Below, piece by piece: positions 40,979-50,925 of a stretch of DNA of 64,000 bases. Below the pieces are notes generated by a model. That model made no database searches and had not been told where the DNA came from. It was given only the letters and a program-made list of their open reading frames with translations. Both the position numbers and the translations under genes were made by a program. This DNA comes from an uncultured Mollicutes bacterium (lineage in GTDB: Bacteria; Bacillota_I; Bacilli_A; ML615J-28; CAG-313), in the NCBI GenBank assembly GCA_900538885.1, contig UQAI01000002.1:19211-83210 (forward strand), written 5' to 3'. The number at the start of each line of letters is the position of its first letter. Position 1 is the stretch's first letter.

Positions 40979-41023
40979 CAAATATCATAATATCAAGAAA
41001 GGCAAGAAAGCTTTAAAAGTAAT

Positions 41024-42106
41024 ATGAAAACAAAAAATAATAATTTAGTTTCACTTCAAGAAAAACAAGCAGCAGAAATTGAAAATGAAGAATATATTAA
41101 AAAAGAATCTTTAAAAAGAAAAATTAAATCGTATGCTTTAGTAACAATTGGTACCATTGTCTATTCATTTGGTATTGTTTGGTTTTTACAACTTGGTGGT
41201 TTTTTCTCTAGTGGAGTTGCCGGAATTTCACAAATTATTGTAAAACTACCTTCACTTTGGGGAGGACCAAACCTTCAAAAATATTTAGGTTTAACCATTG
41301 GATTAATTAATACACCACTAATCATTTTAGGTTGGCGTGGTGTGAGTAAACGATATGCTATTTTAACGGTTGTATCAGTTGTGTTACAAACTCTTATGGC
41401 AAGTTTACTTACAAACTTTACGAATAGTCCGCTAATTAGTCTGCTAATTGGTGATGGTAAAGGAATGGGCATAGTTGAAGCAATAAGAACAGGAAACTTA
41501 AATATTTTTACTACTAATCCCATAATGGAAAATACTGCAGCTTTTGAAGAAATTCAAAATAGTCTAGACACAGGTACTAAAATATTACTAGCTCTATGTG
41601 GTGGTGGTATCACTGGTTTTGGTATTTCTCTATGTCTAAAATCAGGCGGTTCAAGTGGCGGTATGGATATTGTTGCTTGTTACCTACAACAAAAGAAACG
41701 TATCGCATTTACAAGATATTCATCAATTTGTGATTCAATTATTGTTTTAACTTCTAGTATCTTTAGTGTTGAAAATGTTTTATATACATTAATTAGATTA
41801 GTAACAACCCTAAAAGTAATTGATACAATTTATACAAGTTATAAGATTACAAGACTTGAAGTAATCACATCTAAAGGTGATGAAATCAGAAATGTCTTAA
41901 TCAAAAAATTTCATCATGGCATTACTATTTTTGAAGCAGTTGGTGGTTATACTCTATCTGATCGTAAAGTGCTTGAAATATATGTTTCAGCCTATGAAAT
42001 TCATGAATACTTAAGACTAATTCATAATATTGATCCATTTGCTTTTGTTAGTACAACCAAGAGTAAAATTATAAATGGTAATTATATTCAAAAAACAATA
42101 CTTTAA
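41024..42106 (+). CDS. YitT-family membrane protein (DUF161 transmembrane region plus DUF2179 C-terminal domain).
   Basis: Multiple TM helices with a glycine-rich GGxSGG motif (LKSGGSSGGMDIVA). C-terminal soluble domain. Confidence 0.6.
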   Translation: MKTKNNNLVSLQEKQAAEIENEEYIKKESLKRKIKSYALVTIGTIVYSFGIVWFLQLGGFFSSGVAGISQIIVKLPSLWGGPNLQKYLGLTIGLINTPLIILGWRGVSKRYAILTVVSVVLQTLMASLLTNFTNSPLISLLIGDGKGMGIVEAIRTGNLNIFTTNPIMENTAAFEEIQNSLDTGTKILLALCGGGITGFGISLCLKSGGSSGGMDIVACYLQQKKRIAFTRYSSICDSIIVLTSSIFSVENVLYTLIRLVTTLKVIDTIYTSYKITRLEVITSKGDEIRNVLIKKFHHGITIFEAVGGYTLSDRKVLEIYVSAYEIHEYLRLIHNIDPFAFVSTTKSKIINGNYIQKTIL

Positions 42107-42139
42107 TAAATGTTGAAGCAGAGAGCTTAAATCTATATA

Positions 42140-42257
42140 GGTATTACATTTGACAATTAATGCAAAAAGGTGTATAATATTACCGATACATTAGCCGAAA
42201 GGCACCCACAAACTTAAGCCCTCAAAAGCAAAAAGCTAAATTAGGAGGAAAAATAAA
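42140..42257 (+). promoter_or_regulatory. rplM promoter (TTGACA-17-TGTATAAT) and a structured 5' leader that may be an L13 autoregulatory leader.
   Basis: TTGACAATTAATGCAAAAAGGTGTATAAT, then an 80-nt leader (GCCGAAAGGCACCCACAAACTTAAGCCCTC) ahead of RBS AGGAGG. Confidence 0.4.
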
Positions 42258-42704
42258 ATGCGTACAACATATATGCAAACTGCGGAAAACGCAAGAGAAA
42301 ATCGTAAATGGTACGTGATTGATGCCGAAGGACTAGTACTTGGTCGTTTAGGTGTTGCAGTCGCTACAGTATTAAAAGGAAAACACAAACCTACATATAC
42401 TCCTCACATTGATGGTGGAGATTATGTAATCGTTGTAAATGCCGAAAAAGTTGCTTTAACAGGTAACAAACTTGAAGGTAAGAAGTATTATCGTCACTCT
42501 CAATATGCAGGTGGCTTAAAAACTCGTACAGCTCAAGAAATGTTAGACAAGCAACCACAAAAAATTGTTGAATTAGCTATTAGAGGAATGTTACCAAAAG
42601 GCGTAAATGGTGATAATATGTACCGTCGTCTATTTGTGTATGTAGGCCCAGAACACGAACAAGCTGCTCAAAAGCCTGAAAAATTCCCATTAGAGATTAA
42701 GTAG
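42258..42704 (+). CDS. rplM: 50S ribosomal protein L13.
   Basis: KWYVIDAEGLVLGRLGVAVATVLKGKHKPTYTPH. Confidence 0.95.
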   Translation: MRTTYMQTAENARENRKWYVIDAEGLVLGRLGVAVATVLKGKHKPTYTPHIDGGDYVIVVNAEKVALTGNKLEGKKYYRHSQYAGGLKTRTAQEMLDKQPQKIVELAIRGMLPKGVNGDNMYRRLFVYVGPEHEQAAQKPEKFPLEIK

Positions 42705-42714
42705 GAGGTAAAAT

Positions 42715-43107
42715 ATGGAAAAAGCAGTATATCAAGCTACTGGCCGTCGTAAAAGCTCAATTGCACGTGTTCGTTTAGTTCCAGGAACTGGCAAGTTTGA
42801 AGTTAACGGTCGTAATTTCGTAGAGTACATTCCTTCTGCCGCAACTCGTCTAGACGTTTTACAACCTGTTGCTATTACAGGTGTAGGAACTCAATATGAT
42901 ATCCTAGTAAACGTTTGTGGCGGTGGTATTAGCGGTCAAGCAGGTGCTATTCGTTTAGGCATAGCTAGAGCTTTAATGTTAGTTAATCCCGATTTCCGTG
43001 GACCATTAAAGAAGGCTGGACTTATTACTCGTGACCCTCGTAGTACTGAACGTAAGAAATACGGTCTAAAGAAAGCACGTCGTGCACCTCAATTCTCAAA
43101 ACGTTAA
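42715..43107 (+). CDS. rpsI: 30S ribosomal protein S9.
   Basis: [16 protein letters not shown] ... [16 protein letters not shown]. Confidence 0.95.
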   Translation: MEKAVYQATGRRKSSIARVRLVPGTGKFEVNGRNFVEYIPSAATRLDVLQPVAITGVGTQYDILVNVCGGGISGQAGAIRLGIARALMLVNPDFRGPLKKAGLITRDPRSTERKKYGLKKARRAPQFSKR

Positions 43108-43146
43108 TCGTACATTTGTATCGAACGCTAGACGCTTATGTTTATT

Positions 43147-43181
43147 TAAGACCACAAGTTTCTTGTGGTCTTATTTTTTTA
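43147..43181 (+). terminator. Terminator after rpsI.
   Basis: Perfect hairpin AAGACCACAAG-tttc-TTGTGGTCTT plus T8. Confidence 0.7.
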
Positions 43182-43197
43182 AAGGAGAATAGGATAT

Positions 43198-43440
43198 ATG
43201 AAACAAAACAAAATGTTTATCTTAAGTATTGTCTTAATAACAGTTGGCTTTATTGGCGGTGGTCTTTTCGCAATAGCTAATTCGATTAATATTCTTGCGA
43301 AAGAAACTTCAAAAAATCCAATTCCTGCTGATTATTCAATTTGTGGTATTATACTATTTATATTATTAATTCTTGCAATAATTGGTATGATTCTATTGAT
43401 TTGTACTTTATTTTCAAATAAAGAAAACGATAAAAAGTAG
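43198..43440 (+). CDS. Small two-TM membrane protein, 80 aa.
   Basis: RBS AAAGGAG. Two hydrophobic helices. It ends 8 nt before cysS. Confidence 0.45.
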   Translation: MKQNKMFILSIVLITVGFIGGGLFAIANSINILAKETSKNPIPADYSICGIILFILLILAIIGMILLICTLFSNKENDKK

Positions 43441-43448
43441 GTGAAAAT

Positions 43449-44798
43449 ATGAAACAAACAATAAAACTATATAATTCGCTAAGTAATAGCATTGAAGAAT
43501 TTAAACCAATCAAAGAAAACGAAATATCAATGTACGTTTGTGGCCCTACTGTATATAATGATATTCATATTGGTAATGGACGCCCAGTTATTTTCTTTGA
43601 TGTTGTGAAAAGATTATTTGAGTATCTCGGCTATAAAGTAACAATGGTTGAAAATTTCACAGATATTGATGATAAAATTATTAAAAAAGCTTTAGAAGAA
43701 GAGGTTCCAGAAAAAGAAATTAGTGAGCGTTATATTAAGGCCTTTTTAGAAGTTTGTGATAAGGCGGGATGTGAAAATGATATTATTCATCCTAAAGTAA
43801 CTGAAAACATTCCAGAAATTCTTGATTTTATTACTAAACTTGTAGATAATGGTAATGCCTATGTTGCTGGTGATGATGTTTATTTTAGAGTGCGTAGTGT
43901 ACCATCATATGGAATGTTAAGTAATCAAAAACTAGAAGAACTAGATATGGGTGCCAGAATTGATGTTAATCTTCAAAAAGAAGATCCCCGTGATTTTACT
44001 TTATGGAAAAAAACAAGTGATACTGGCTGTAAATGGGATAGTGCGTTTGGCGCGGGAAGACCAGGATGGCATACAGAATGTGTAGTCATGATTCATAAAA
44101 TCTTAGGTGATAAAATTGATATTCATGGTGGAGGTATTGATTTAAAGTTTCCACATCATGAAAATGAAATTGCTCAATCAATGGCCCTTTATCATAATTC
44201 CATCGCAAATTATTGGTTACATAATGCTAGAATCGATTTAAAGGGTGAAAAGATGAGTAAATCACTAGGCAATGTAGTATGGCTAAAAGATGTACTAGCT
44301 AACTATCCTTATCAAGCATATCGCTTATTTATTCTTGCTAATCACTATCGTCAAAATGTTAGTTATTCTGATGAAACATTACAAAGTATGACAAATGAAT
44401 GGCAAAAACTTCGTAAGGCTTATGTTAGTTTATATCGTAAATTAGAACTTAAAAATAAACTTAACTTTAAAAAAGCTAGTTCAAACGATATGGAAAACTT
44501 TTTAAATGAAATGTGCTATGACTTTAATACCGCAAATGCTTTAACTGTTATTTATGAGCATGTTAAAACAATAAATAAGAGTATGAGAGATCCAAATGCA
44601 AGTGATGAAACCCTTCTTAATGAACTTCTTGCTCTTCATGATATGTTCACAATATTTGGTTTAGATCCATTAGTTAAGCCATTAGCAAAAGAAGAAATAG
44701 AACTTGTAAATAATTGGAATGAGGCTCGTAAAAATAAAGATTTTGAAACAGCTGATGTTTTAAGAACTAAAATCACAAATGCAGGTATTGAATTATAA
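43449..44798 (+). CDS. cysS: Cysteine--tRNA ligase.
   Basis: CGPTVYNDIHIGNGRP (HIGH), zinc-site C/H residues, and KMSKSLGN. Confidence 0.95.
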   Translation: MKQTIKLYNSLSNSIEEFKPIKENEISMYVCGPTVYNDIHIGNGRPVIFFDVVKRLFEYLGYKVTMVENFTDIDDKIIKKALEEEVPEKEISERYIKAFLEVCDKAGCENDIIHPKVTENIPEILDFITKLVDNGNAYVAGDDVYFRVRSVPSYGMLSNQKLEELDMGARIDVNLQKEDPRDFTLWKKTSDTGCKWDSAFGAGRPGWHTECVVMIHKILGDKIDIHGGGIDLKFPHHENEIAQSMALYHNSIANYWLHNARIDLKGEKMSKSLGNVVWLKDVLANYPYQAYRLFILANHYRQNVSYSDETLQSMTNEWQKLRKAYVSLYRKLELKNKLNFKKASSNDMENFLNEMCYDFNTANALTVIYEHVKTINKSMRDPNASDETLLNELLALHDMFTIFGLDPLVKPLAKEEIELVNNWNEARKNKDFETADVLRTKITNAGIEL

Positions 44799-45181
44799 TG
44801 AGATATGAACTACTTAATGGTGCTAATTTGGCATATATTGGTGATGCATACTATGAATTAGTGATTAGAAAATATTTAATTGATAAAGGAATTACCAAGA
44901 ATAAAGAATTAAAAAAACAAAGTTTAAAATTTGTGAGTGCTAGTTCACATGAAAAAATATATGAAAAAATAAAAGATGAACTGACTGAAGAAGAACAAAA
45001 AATTTATTTAAGAGGCCGCAATAACGCTCCAAGTAGCCATCGTAAAAATGTTGATCAAGCATCATATGTGGTGTCAACAGGCTTAGAGGCAGTTATTGGA
45101 TATTTATATTTAATGAAGATGAACGACAGACTTAATTATTTAATGGACCTAATTATCAAGAAGGGAGAAGAAATATGCTAA
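44798..45181 (+). CDS. mrnC: Mini-ribonuclease III.
   Basis: LNGANLAYIGDAYYELVIRKYL, and conserved cysS-mrnC-rlmB synteny. Confidence 0.85.
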   Translation: MRYELLNGANLAYIGDAYYELVIRKYLIDKGITKNKELKKQSLKFVSASSHEKIYEKIKDELTEEEQKIYLRGRNNAPSSHRKNVDQASYVVSTGLEAVIGYLYLMKMNDRLNYLMDLIIKKGEEIC

Positions 45182-45888
45182 TTTTTGGTAAAAATACAGT
45201 TAAAGAAGCAATTACAAAAAAAAGAAGTATTAAAACAATATATCTTAATCATGAAAAAGTTTTAAATGAACTCCCTAAAAATGAAGTGGTAAAAAATGCT
45301 AAAATAATTTTTATGCCACTTAAAGAAATGGATAAAATGGTAAAAGGAAACCATCAAGGTGTTATCGTGGAAATAAATGATGAATATCATTATCAATCAT
45401 TAAATAAAGTTATTGAAAAAAATAAAGATAAAGAAAATGTAAGTTTAATTATGTTAGATGGCTTAGAAGACCCCCATAATTTAGGGGCGATTCTTAGAAC
45501 TGCTGATGCGACGGGAATGGAAGGAATTATTATTCCTAAAAATCGCAGTGTAAGTTTAAATGCGACTGTAGCGAAAGTTTCAACAGGAGCCATTGAATAT
45601 ATTGATGTTGTCCAAGTAACAAACTTGGTTCAAACTATCAAAGAATTAAAAGAAAATGGATACTGGATAATTGGCCTTGAAATGGAAGGCTCTGTTGATT
45701 ATAAAGAACAAGATTACTTAGGAAAAAAAGTAATAATTATTGGGTCTGAAGGAAGGGGAATCTCCAGACTAGTAAAAGAAGAATGTGACTTTATGATTAA
45801 TATCCCTATGATTGGTCATGTAACATCGCTAAATGCATCAGTGAGTGCTAGTATTATTTTTTATGAAATATTAAGACAAAGGGGATAA
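45175..45888 (+). CDS. rlmB: 23S rRNA 2'-O-methyltransferase of the SpoU/TrmH family (RlmB/YacO).
   Basis: SPOUT motifs DGLEDPHNLGAILRTADA and IGSEGRGIS..IPM.G.V.SLNASV. Confidence 0.85.
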   Translation: MLIFGKNTVKEAITKKRSIKTIYLNHEKVLNELPKNEVVKNAKIIFMPLKEMDKMVKGNHQGVIVEINDEYHYQSLNKVIEKNKDKENVSLIMLDGLEDPHNLGAILRTADATGMEGIIIPKNRSVSLNATVAKVSTGAIEYIDVVQVTNLVQTIKELKENGYWIIGLEMEGSVDYKEQDYLGKKVIIIGSEGRGISRLVKEECDFMINIPMIGHVTSLNASVSASIIFYEILRQRG

Positions 45889-45896
45889 AAAAATAG

Positions 45897-46445
45897 ATGG
45901 TAGGGGAGAAAAAGGATAAACTATTTAATTACAATGATTATGAACTTTTATATATGGCAAGTGATGATAGCGTAGAAGCGATAGATATTTTACTTAAGAA
46001 ATATCGATATTTAGTACTTCGCATAATAAAAGATTTCAAAATTGAACAAAATAAAAAAGAAGATTTTCTTCAAGAAGGTCTTTTAATGGTTAATAAAGCA
46101 ATTAAAACATATAAAATAAATAGTAAGATGACATTTACTAAATATGTTGAAATGCTTGTTAATCATCGTTTCATTGATATGTTACGCAAAAAACAAAATG
46201 AAAAGATAATGCCGCTAGAAGATTTTGAGTACGTTTATGTGGCTGCGGAAACACCAAAGATACTTGCGGAAAGTTCAATATATGATTATACTGGCCTTTC
46301 GAAATTAGAACAGAAAATTTATAATTTGAGATTTCTAGAAGGCAAAACATATAAAGAAATTAGTGAGCTATTGGGGATGAATATAAAACAAATATATTCT
46401 GCAGTTGATAGAATTAAAAAGAAAAGGCACAAGATTGCAATATAA
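45897..46445 (+). CDS. sigH: Short sigma-70 family factor, SigH-like by position and sequence (182 aa).
   Basis: Region 2 (LVLRIIKDF...FLQEGLLMVNKAIKTYK...FTKYVEMLVNHRFIDMLRK) and region 4 HTH (KTYKEISELLGMNIKQIYSAVDRIKKK). It sits between rlmB and rpmG-secE-nusG, as sigH does in Bacilli. Confidence 0.55.
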   Translation: MVGEKKDKLFNYNDYELLYMASDDSVEAIDILLKKYRYLVLRIIKDFKIEQNKKEDFLQEGLLMVNKAIKTYKINSKMTFTKYVEMLVNHRFIDMLRKKQNEKIMPLEDFEYVYVAAETPKILAESSIYDYTGLSKLEQKIYNLRFLEGKTYKEISELLGMNIKQIYSAVDRIKKKRHKIAI

Positions 46446-46513
46446 ACAAGTTAAACGCTTGACAAAAATGGCATTATCTAGTAAAATTAATTAGTCAAGG
46501 TGGTGTTGTAATT

Positions 46514-46663
46514 ATGAGAGAAAAAGTAATTTTAGTATGTGAAGAATGTTTATCAAGAAATTACATAACTGAAAAAAATAAATTAAATACAACCACACGA
46601 ATTAGTGTAAAAAAATATTGCCCTCGCTGCAATAAGCATACTATTCACAAAGAAACTAAATAG
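46514..46663 (+). CDS. rpmG: 50S ribosomal protein L33 (zinc-ribbon form).
   Basis: 49-aa [52 protein letters not shown] with RBS AAGGTGG. It is not in the track because it is shorter than 60 aa. Confidence 0.9.
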   Translation: MREKVILVCEECLSRNYITEKNKLNTTTRISVKKYCPRCNKHTIHKETK

Positions 46664-46675
46664 GAGGAATTTCAT

Positions 46676-47074
46676 ATGGCTGAAAACGAAAAAAAGAATC
46701 GTGCGATGAGCGTGTTACTAAGAGAACACAAATGGGAGAATTTAATTCTTGCAATACTTGCTATTTTCGCAATTGAACTTGGAGTATTACTACTTTCAAA
46801 AACTTATTTATCAATTCCTGAAGATGCATTCATTATTGGTAAATATTGGAAACAATTTGCATGGATACTAGTTGTTTTAGGTGCTGTATCATTAATTTTG
46901 TCAGTATCTTCATTCTTTGTTCCAAGTTTAGCAGAAATTAAACACATTAAAGGCCTTAAAAAAGTTGAATTCTTTGGTAATGTTGTTAAAGTTATCATCT
47001 TCTCTGTAGTGCTTGCTTTATTCTTCACATTATGCGATTGGGCTATAGAGTCAATTATTGATTTGTTTAAATAA
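46676..47074 (+). CDS. secE: Preprotein translocase subunit SecE with an N-terminal extension (3 TM in total).
   Basis: C-terminal SecE signature LAEIKHIKGLKKVEFFGNVVKVIIFSVVLALFFTLCDWAIESII. RBS GGAGG. Conserved position before nusG. Confidence 0.8.
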   Translation: MAENEKKNRAMSVLLREHKWENLILAILAIFAIELGVLLLSKTYLSIPEDAFIIGKYWKQFAWILVVLGAVSLILSVSSFFVPSLAEIKHIKGLKKVEFFGNVVKVIIFSVVLALFFTLCDWAIESIIDLFK

Positions 47075-47089
47075 TATCGGACGATAGTT

Positions 47090-47650
47090 ATGAATGATTT
47101 TGGCTTTGAAAATGAACGTGCGTGGTATGTAGTACAATCATATTCTGGCATGGAACAAGCGGCTAAAAGAAATCTTGAAAGACGTATTGTTTCGATGAAT
47201 ATGCAAGATTACATATTTAGAGTTTTGATTCCTGAGACAACAAGATACGAAAAAAAGAAAAATGGAGAACTTAAAGAAATTGTTGAAAAAGTATATCCAG
47301 GTTATATTTTTGTTGATATGATCGTTACCGATGAATCTTGGTTTGTTGTTCGTAATACACCAATGGTTACTGGTTTCTTAGGATCAAGTGGTGGTGGTGC
47401 GAAGCCTGTTCCTCTACCAAATGAAGAGATAATTCCAATTCTTCGTGATTGTGGAATTACTATAGAAGTAAATATGGACTTTAAAGTTGGAGATACTGTC
47501 AATGTAGTGGCTGGCCCATTTACAGGACAAACTGCTAATGTTGAATCAATAGATATGGAAAATCAAAAAGTAACAGTGCTAGTTGATTTCTTTGGTAGAC
47601 AAACTCCTCAAGAACTTCGTTTTGATGAAGTTCAAGCTATTAAAGACTAA
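47090..47650 (+). CDS. nusG: Transcription termination/antitermination factor NusG.
   Basis: AWYVVQSYSGMEQ NGN domain and a C-terminal KOW (VGDTVNVVAGPFTGQTANV). Confidence 0.9.
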   Translation: MNDFGFENERAWYVVQSYSGMEQAAKRNLERRIVSMNMQDYIFRVLIPETTRYEKKKNGELKEIVEKVYPGYIFVDMIVTDESWFVVRNTPMVTGFLGSSGGGAKPVPLPNEEIIPILRDCGITIEVNMDFKVGDTVNVVAGPFTGQTANVESIDMENQKVTVLVDFFGRQTPQELRFDEVQAIKD

Positions 47651-47776
47651 ATGGATAATTAATAAAGCTATGAGATGAAATATTCTTATAGCTTTTTTTT
47701 CTAAAAAACTTTGTAAACTGTTTGTTAAAAAAAACATAATAAGATATAATAATATACGAAAAGGAGAATTATTAAT

Positions 47777-48781
47777 ATGAATATTAAATACTTTAAATAT
47801 GAAGAAATAAAAACAAGAATTCCTGATGTAGAACATGATGTCTACAATTTATTTTATGAAGTAATATGTGAAGAAGATTTTTTCAAAAAAATATCATTTG
47901 ACGAATTTAATCGTATATTATTCTTAAATAGATTCTTTAAAAAAGAAGGAACTTTCCTAGCTTATGATTACAATACACTAGTTGGTTTTATCAGTGCTAA
48001 TATTCGTGATATGGATAAAGGCAATGAAAAAGCAGCAGGATATTTAAATACAATAATGGTAAAAAAAGAATATCGTCGTCAAGGCATTGGTAAAACCTTA
48101 CTTGATATGGCTGAAGAATATATAAAGGAAGAAGGAATGAAATACTCAAGATTTGTTTTCTTAAGTCAAATTAACTATCCTTGGTATATTCCTCATTCTG
48201 ACCACCATGAGCATCCAGGTGCACCAGCTGTAAGAATTAATTCTGAACTATATTTCTTCTTATTACATAATCATTATTACATTAATAGCATTCATGAAGG
48301 TTTCCATTTACCACTTGCTGAATATGAAATGCCAAAATCAGTATTAGAAAGAATGGAAAAAAATAAAAAAGAAGGCTTTACTGTTGAAGTATATGATGAA
48401 AATAAACACTTTGGAGTCGAAGAATTTTGTAATAAAATAGATAATCCTGGATTTGCAGGAGCTATCAGAAATAACCTAAAACGTGAAAAACCATATCCTT
48501 TCCTTATTGCGGCGCACAATGGACAAATGGTAGGTTGGACTGGCCCAATGTATAATGAACCAACCGGTCGTGGCCATTTAGATGGAATTTGTGTTGATCC
48601 AGAAACAAGAGGAGGAGGTTTAGGAAAAGCCTTATTCTGCATGCTTTGTGAATATTCAAAACACAATGGTGCTAAGTATATGACATTCTTCACTGGACTT
48701 GACAATCCTGCTCGTCGTATTTATTTATTTGCAGGCTTTAAGATTGCTCAAAGTTTCGCTGATATGAAAAAAGATTTATAA
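47777..48781 (+). CDS. Acetyltransferase with two tandem GNAT domains.
   Basis: Two acetyl-CoA motif A segments (RRQGIGKTLL and RGGGLGKALF). It is inserted between nusG and rplK. Confidence 0.7.
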   Translation: MNIKYFKYEEIKTRIPDVEHDVYNLFYEVICEEDFFKKISFDEFNRILFLNRFFKKEGTFLAYDYNTLVGFISANIRDMDKGNEKAAGYLNTIMVKKEYRRQGIGKTLLDMAEEYIKEEGMKYSRFVFLSQINYPWYIPHSDHHEHPGAPAVRINSELYFFLLHNHYYINSIHEGFHLPLAEYEMPKSVLERMEKNKKEGFTVEVYDENKHFGVEEFCNKIDNPGFAGAIRNNLKREKPYPFLIAAHNGQMVGWTGPMYNEPTGRGHLDGICVDPETRGGGLGKALFCMLCEYSKHNGAKYMTFFTGLDNPARRIYLFAGFKIAQSFADMKKDL

Positions 48782-48938
48782 GAGTTAATAATTTAAATTC
48801 AAAAAATAGGTAATAAATTCGGATAATTTATTGCCTTTTTTCTTGTTTGTTTAGGAAAAAATCACCAAGTAAAATTATAATATAAAGTGAAACTCATTGG
48901 ATTTTATTGTGGTACTTTTAAAATATAGTGTTTTTAGT

Positions 48939-48967
48939 TTGACAAATTGGCAAAATTAAAGTATAAT
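48939..48967 (+). promoter_or_regulatory. Sigma-A promoter for the rplK-rplA operon (TTGACA-17-TATAAT). About 115 nt of leader follow.
   Basis: TTGACAAATTGGCAAAATTAAAGTATAAT. The downstream leader before RBS AGGAGGT may be an L1-binding autoregulatory leader. Confidence 0.5.
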
Positions 48968-49083
48968 AATAGACGCGTGCAATGACGCTTATACTATAAA
49001 TACAGAAATTAAATAACTATGTGGGAGAGTGACTGTATCACTCATAAACCACATCACACAGACAAATGAAGGAGGTGTGTCTC

Positions 49084-49515
49084 GTGGCAAAAGCTAAACA
49101 AATTAAAAAAGTCGTTAAGCTACAAATTCAAGCAGGCAAGGCTAATCCAGCTCCACCAGTAGGTCCAGCTCTAGGTCAAGCAGGTGTTAATATTCAACAA
49201 TTTTGTAGTCAATTTAACGATAAAACAGCAGGAATGATTGGTTATGTTATTCCAGTAGAAATCTACGTTTATGATGACCGTTCATTCACATTTATTACAA
49301 AGACCCCACCTGCATCTGACTTATTAAAGAAAGCAGCAGGCATTTCTAAAGGTTCTGATAACTCTAAAAAGAATACAGTTGCTACAATTAAACGTGCTAA
49401 GTTAATGGAAATTGCACAAATGAAGATGCCAGATCTTAATGCTTACACAGTAGAAGCAGCAGCAAATATCGTTGCAGGAACCGCAAGAAATATGGGTATT
49501 GCGATTGAAGACTAG
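49084..49515 (+). CDS. rplK: 50S ribosomal protein L11.
   Basis: GTG start 49084 with [42 protein letters not shown]. The track's ATG 49066 adds a non-conserved extension. Confidence 0.9.
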   Translation: MAKAKQIKKVVKLQIQAGKANPAPPVGPALGQAGVNIQQFCSQFNDKTAGMIGYVIPVEIYVYDDRSFTFITKTPPASDLLKKAAGISKGSDNSKKNTVATIKRAKLMEIAQMKMPDLNAYTVEAAANIVAGTARNMGIAIED

Positions 49516-49610
49516 TCTTCAAACAACTAAATAGATTGTAACACAAAATTGTGTGAATCTAATTGTGGGAGGAAAATCCCGTTTATACCACATTTAGGAG
49601 GAAATATATA

Positions 49611-50303
49611 ATGGCAAAAAGAGGAAAAAAATATCAAGAAGCGTTAAAGCTTGTTGACCGTACAAAAAGATATTCATTAGATGAAGCAGTAGAACTTGTT
49701 AAAAAAACAAACATTGCTAAATTTGATGCAACAGTTGAATGTGCAGCGCGTTTAAATATCGACCCTCGTAAAGCTGAACAAAATCTACGTGGTGCCGTAT
49801 CATTACCTAATGGTACTGGTAAAACAGTTAGAGTTTTAGTTATCACTAAAGGTGCTAAAATTGAAGAAGCTTTAAAAGCAGGTGCTGATTATGCAGGTGA
49901 AACTGAATATCTAGAAAAGATTAAAGGCGGTTGGTTTGAATTTGATACTGTTATTGCAAGTCCTGATATGATGGGTGAACTTGGTAAATTAGGTCGTATC
50001 TTAGGTCCTAAAGGTTTAATGCCAAACCCTAAAACTGGAACAGTAACAATGGATATTGAAAAAGTAGTTAAAGAATTTAAAGCAGGTAAAGTTGAATATC
50101 GTACTGATAAAGTTGGTAACATTCAAGTTCCTGTTGGTAAAGTTTCATTTGACTCTAATAAATTAAAAGAGAATATTCAAACAATTTATCGTCAATTAAT
50201 GCGTATTAAACCTTCAACAGTTAAGGGCGTTTATATGCAAAACTTTACAATCACAACAACAATGGGTCCTGGCATCAAAGTTGCTATGGAAACTATTGAA
50301 TAG
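49611..50303 (+). CDS. rplA: 50S ribosomal protein L1.
   Basis: ATG 49611 with [20 protein letters not shown]...[15 protein letters not shown]. Confidence 0.9.
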   Translation: MAKRGKKYQEALKLVDRTKRYSLDEAVELVKKTNIAKFDATVECAARLNIDPRKAEQNLRGAVSLPNGTGKTVRVLVITKGAKIEEALKAGADYAGETEYLEKIKGGWFEFDTVIASPDMMGELGKLGRILGPKGLMPNPKTGTVTMDIEKVVKEFKAGKVEYRTDKVGNIQVPVGKVSFDSNKLKENIQTIYRQLMRIKPSTVKGVYMQNFTITTTMGPGIKVAMETIE

Positions 50304-50417
50304 TTTTAAAAAAGTCGTATTAGTATAGTATATAGTATAAAAGTCTCTGCCGTAGACAGTAGGTGCTACGTTGTAGCTTAATTTCCTACCGAGGAAAAAT
50401 TTCAGGAGGTGAAAACA
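50304..50417 (+). promoter_or_regulatory. rplJ leader region: internal promoter plus a structured element, putatively the L10(L12)4 autoregulatory leader.
   Basis: TAGTATAGTATATAGTATAAAA AT-rich -10-like region, then GTCTCTGCCGTAGACAGTAGGTGCTACGTTGTAGC stem-loops ahead of RBS AGGAGGTG. Confidence 0.4.
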
Positions 50418-50903
50418 ATGAATGAAGCGACAATCGCTAAAAAACAACAAGAGGTCCAAGTTGTAGCAGACAAAATTGCTCAAGCTGGATCAACAGTATT
50501 CGTTGATTACCTAGGATTAACTGTAGCTGAAGTAACTGAACTTCGTAGAAAGCTACATGCTGAAAACTGCGAAATGAAAGTTGTTAAAAACAACATTTTA
50601 CGCCGTGCATCATCACAAGCAGGTTATTCTGCAGTTGATGAACACTTAGTAGGCCCAAGTGCTCTTGTAACATCAAAAGATGAAGTTACAGCCGCAAAAC
50701 TTATTTATGCATTCTTAAAAGACCATGACAAACTATCAGTTAAAGCTGGTATCGTTAGCGGTCAAGTTATGAGTGAAAAAGACCTAAAGGCTTTATCAAC
50801 TCTACCAAACAAGGAAGGCATGATTTCAATGCTATTAAGTGTACTACAAGCTCCAATGCGTGGACTTGCATGTGTTATTAAAGCAGTATCAGAAAAAGAA
50901 TAA
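50418..50903 (+). CDS. rplJ: 50S ribosomal protein L10.
   Basis: ATG 50418 after AGGAGGTG. VFVDYLGLTVAEVTELRRKL. Confidence 0.9.
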   Translation: MNEATIAKKQQEVQVVADKIAQAGSTVFVDYLGLTVAEVTELRRKLHAENCEMKVVKNNILRRASSQAGYSAVDEHLVGPSALVTSKDEVTAAKLIYAFLKDHDKLSVKAGIVSGQVMSEKDLKALSTLPNKEGMISMLLSVLQAPMRGLACVIKAVSEKE

Positions 50904-50925
50904 TTAATTAGGAGGAACAAACGAA

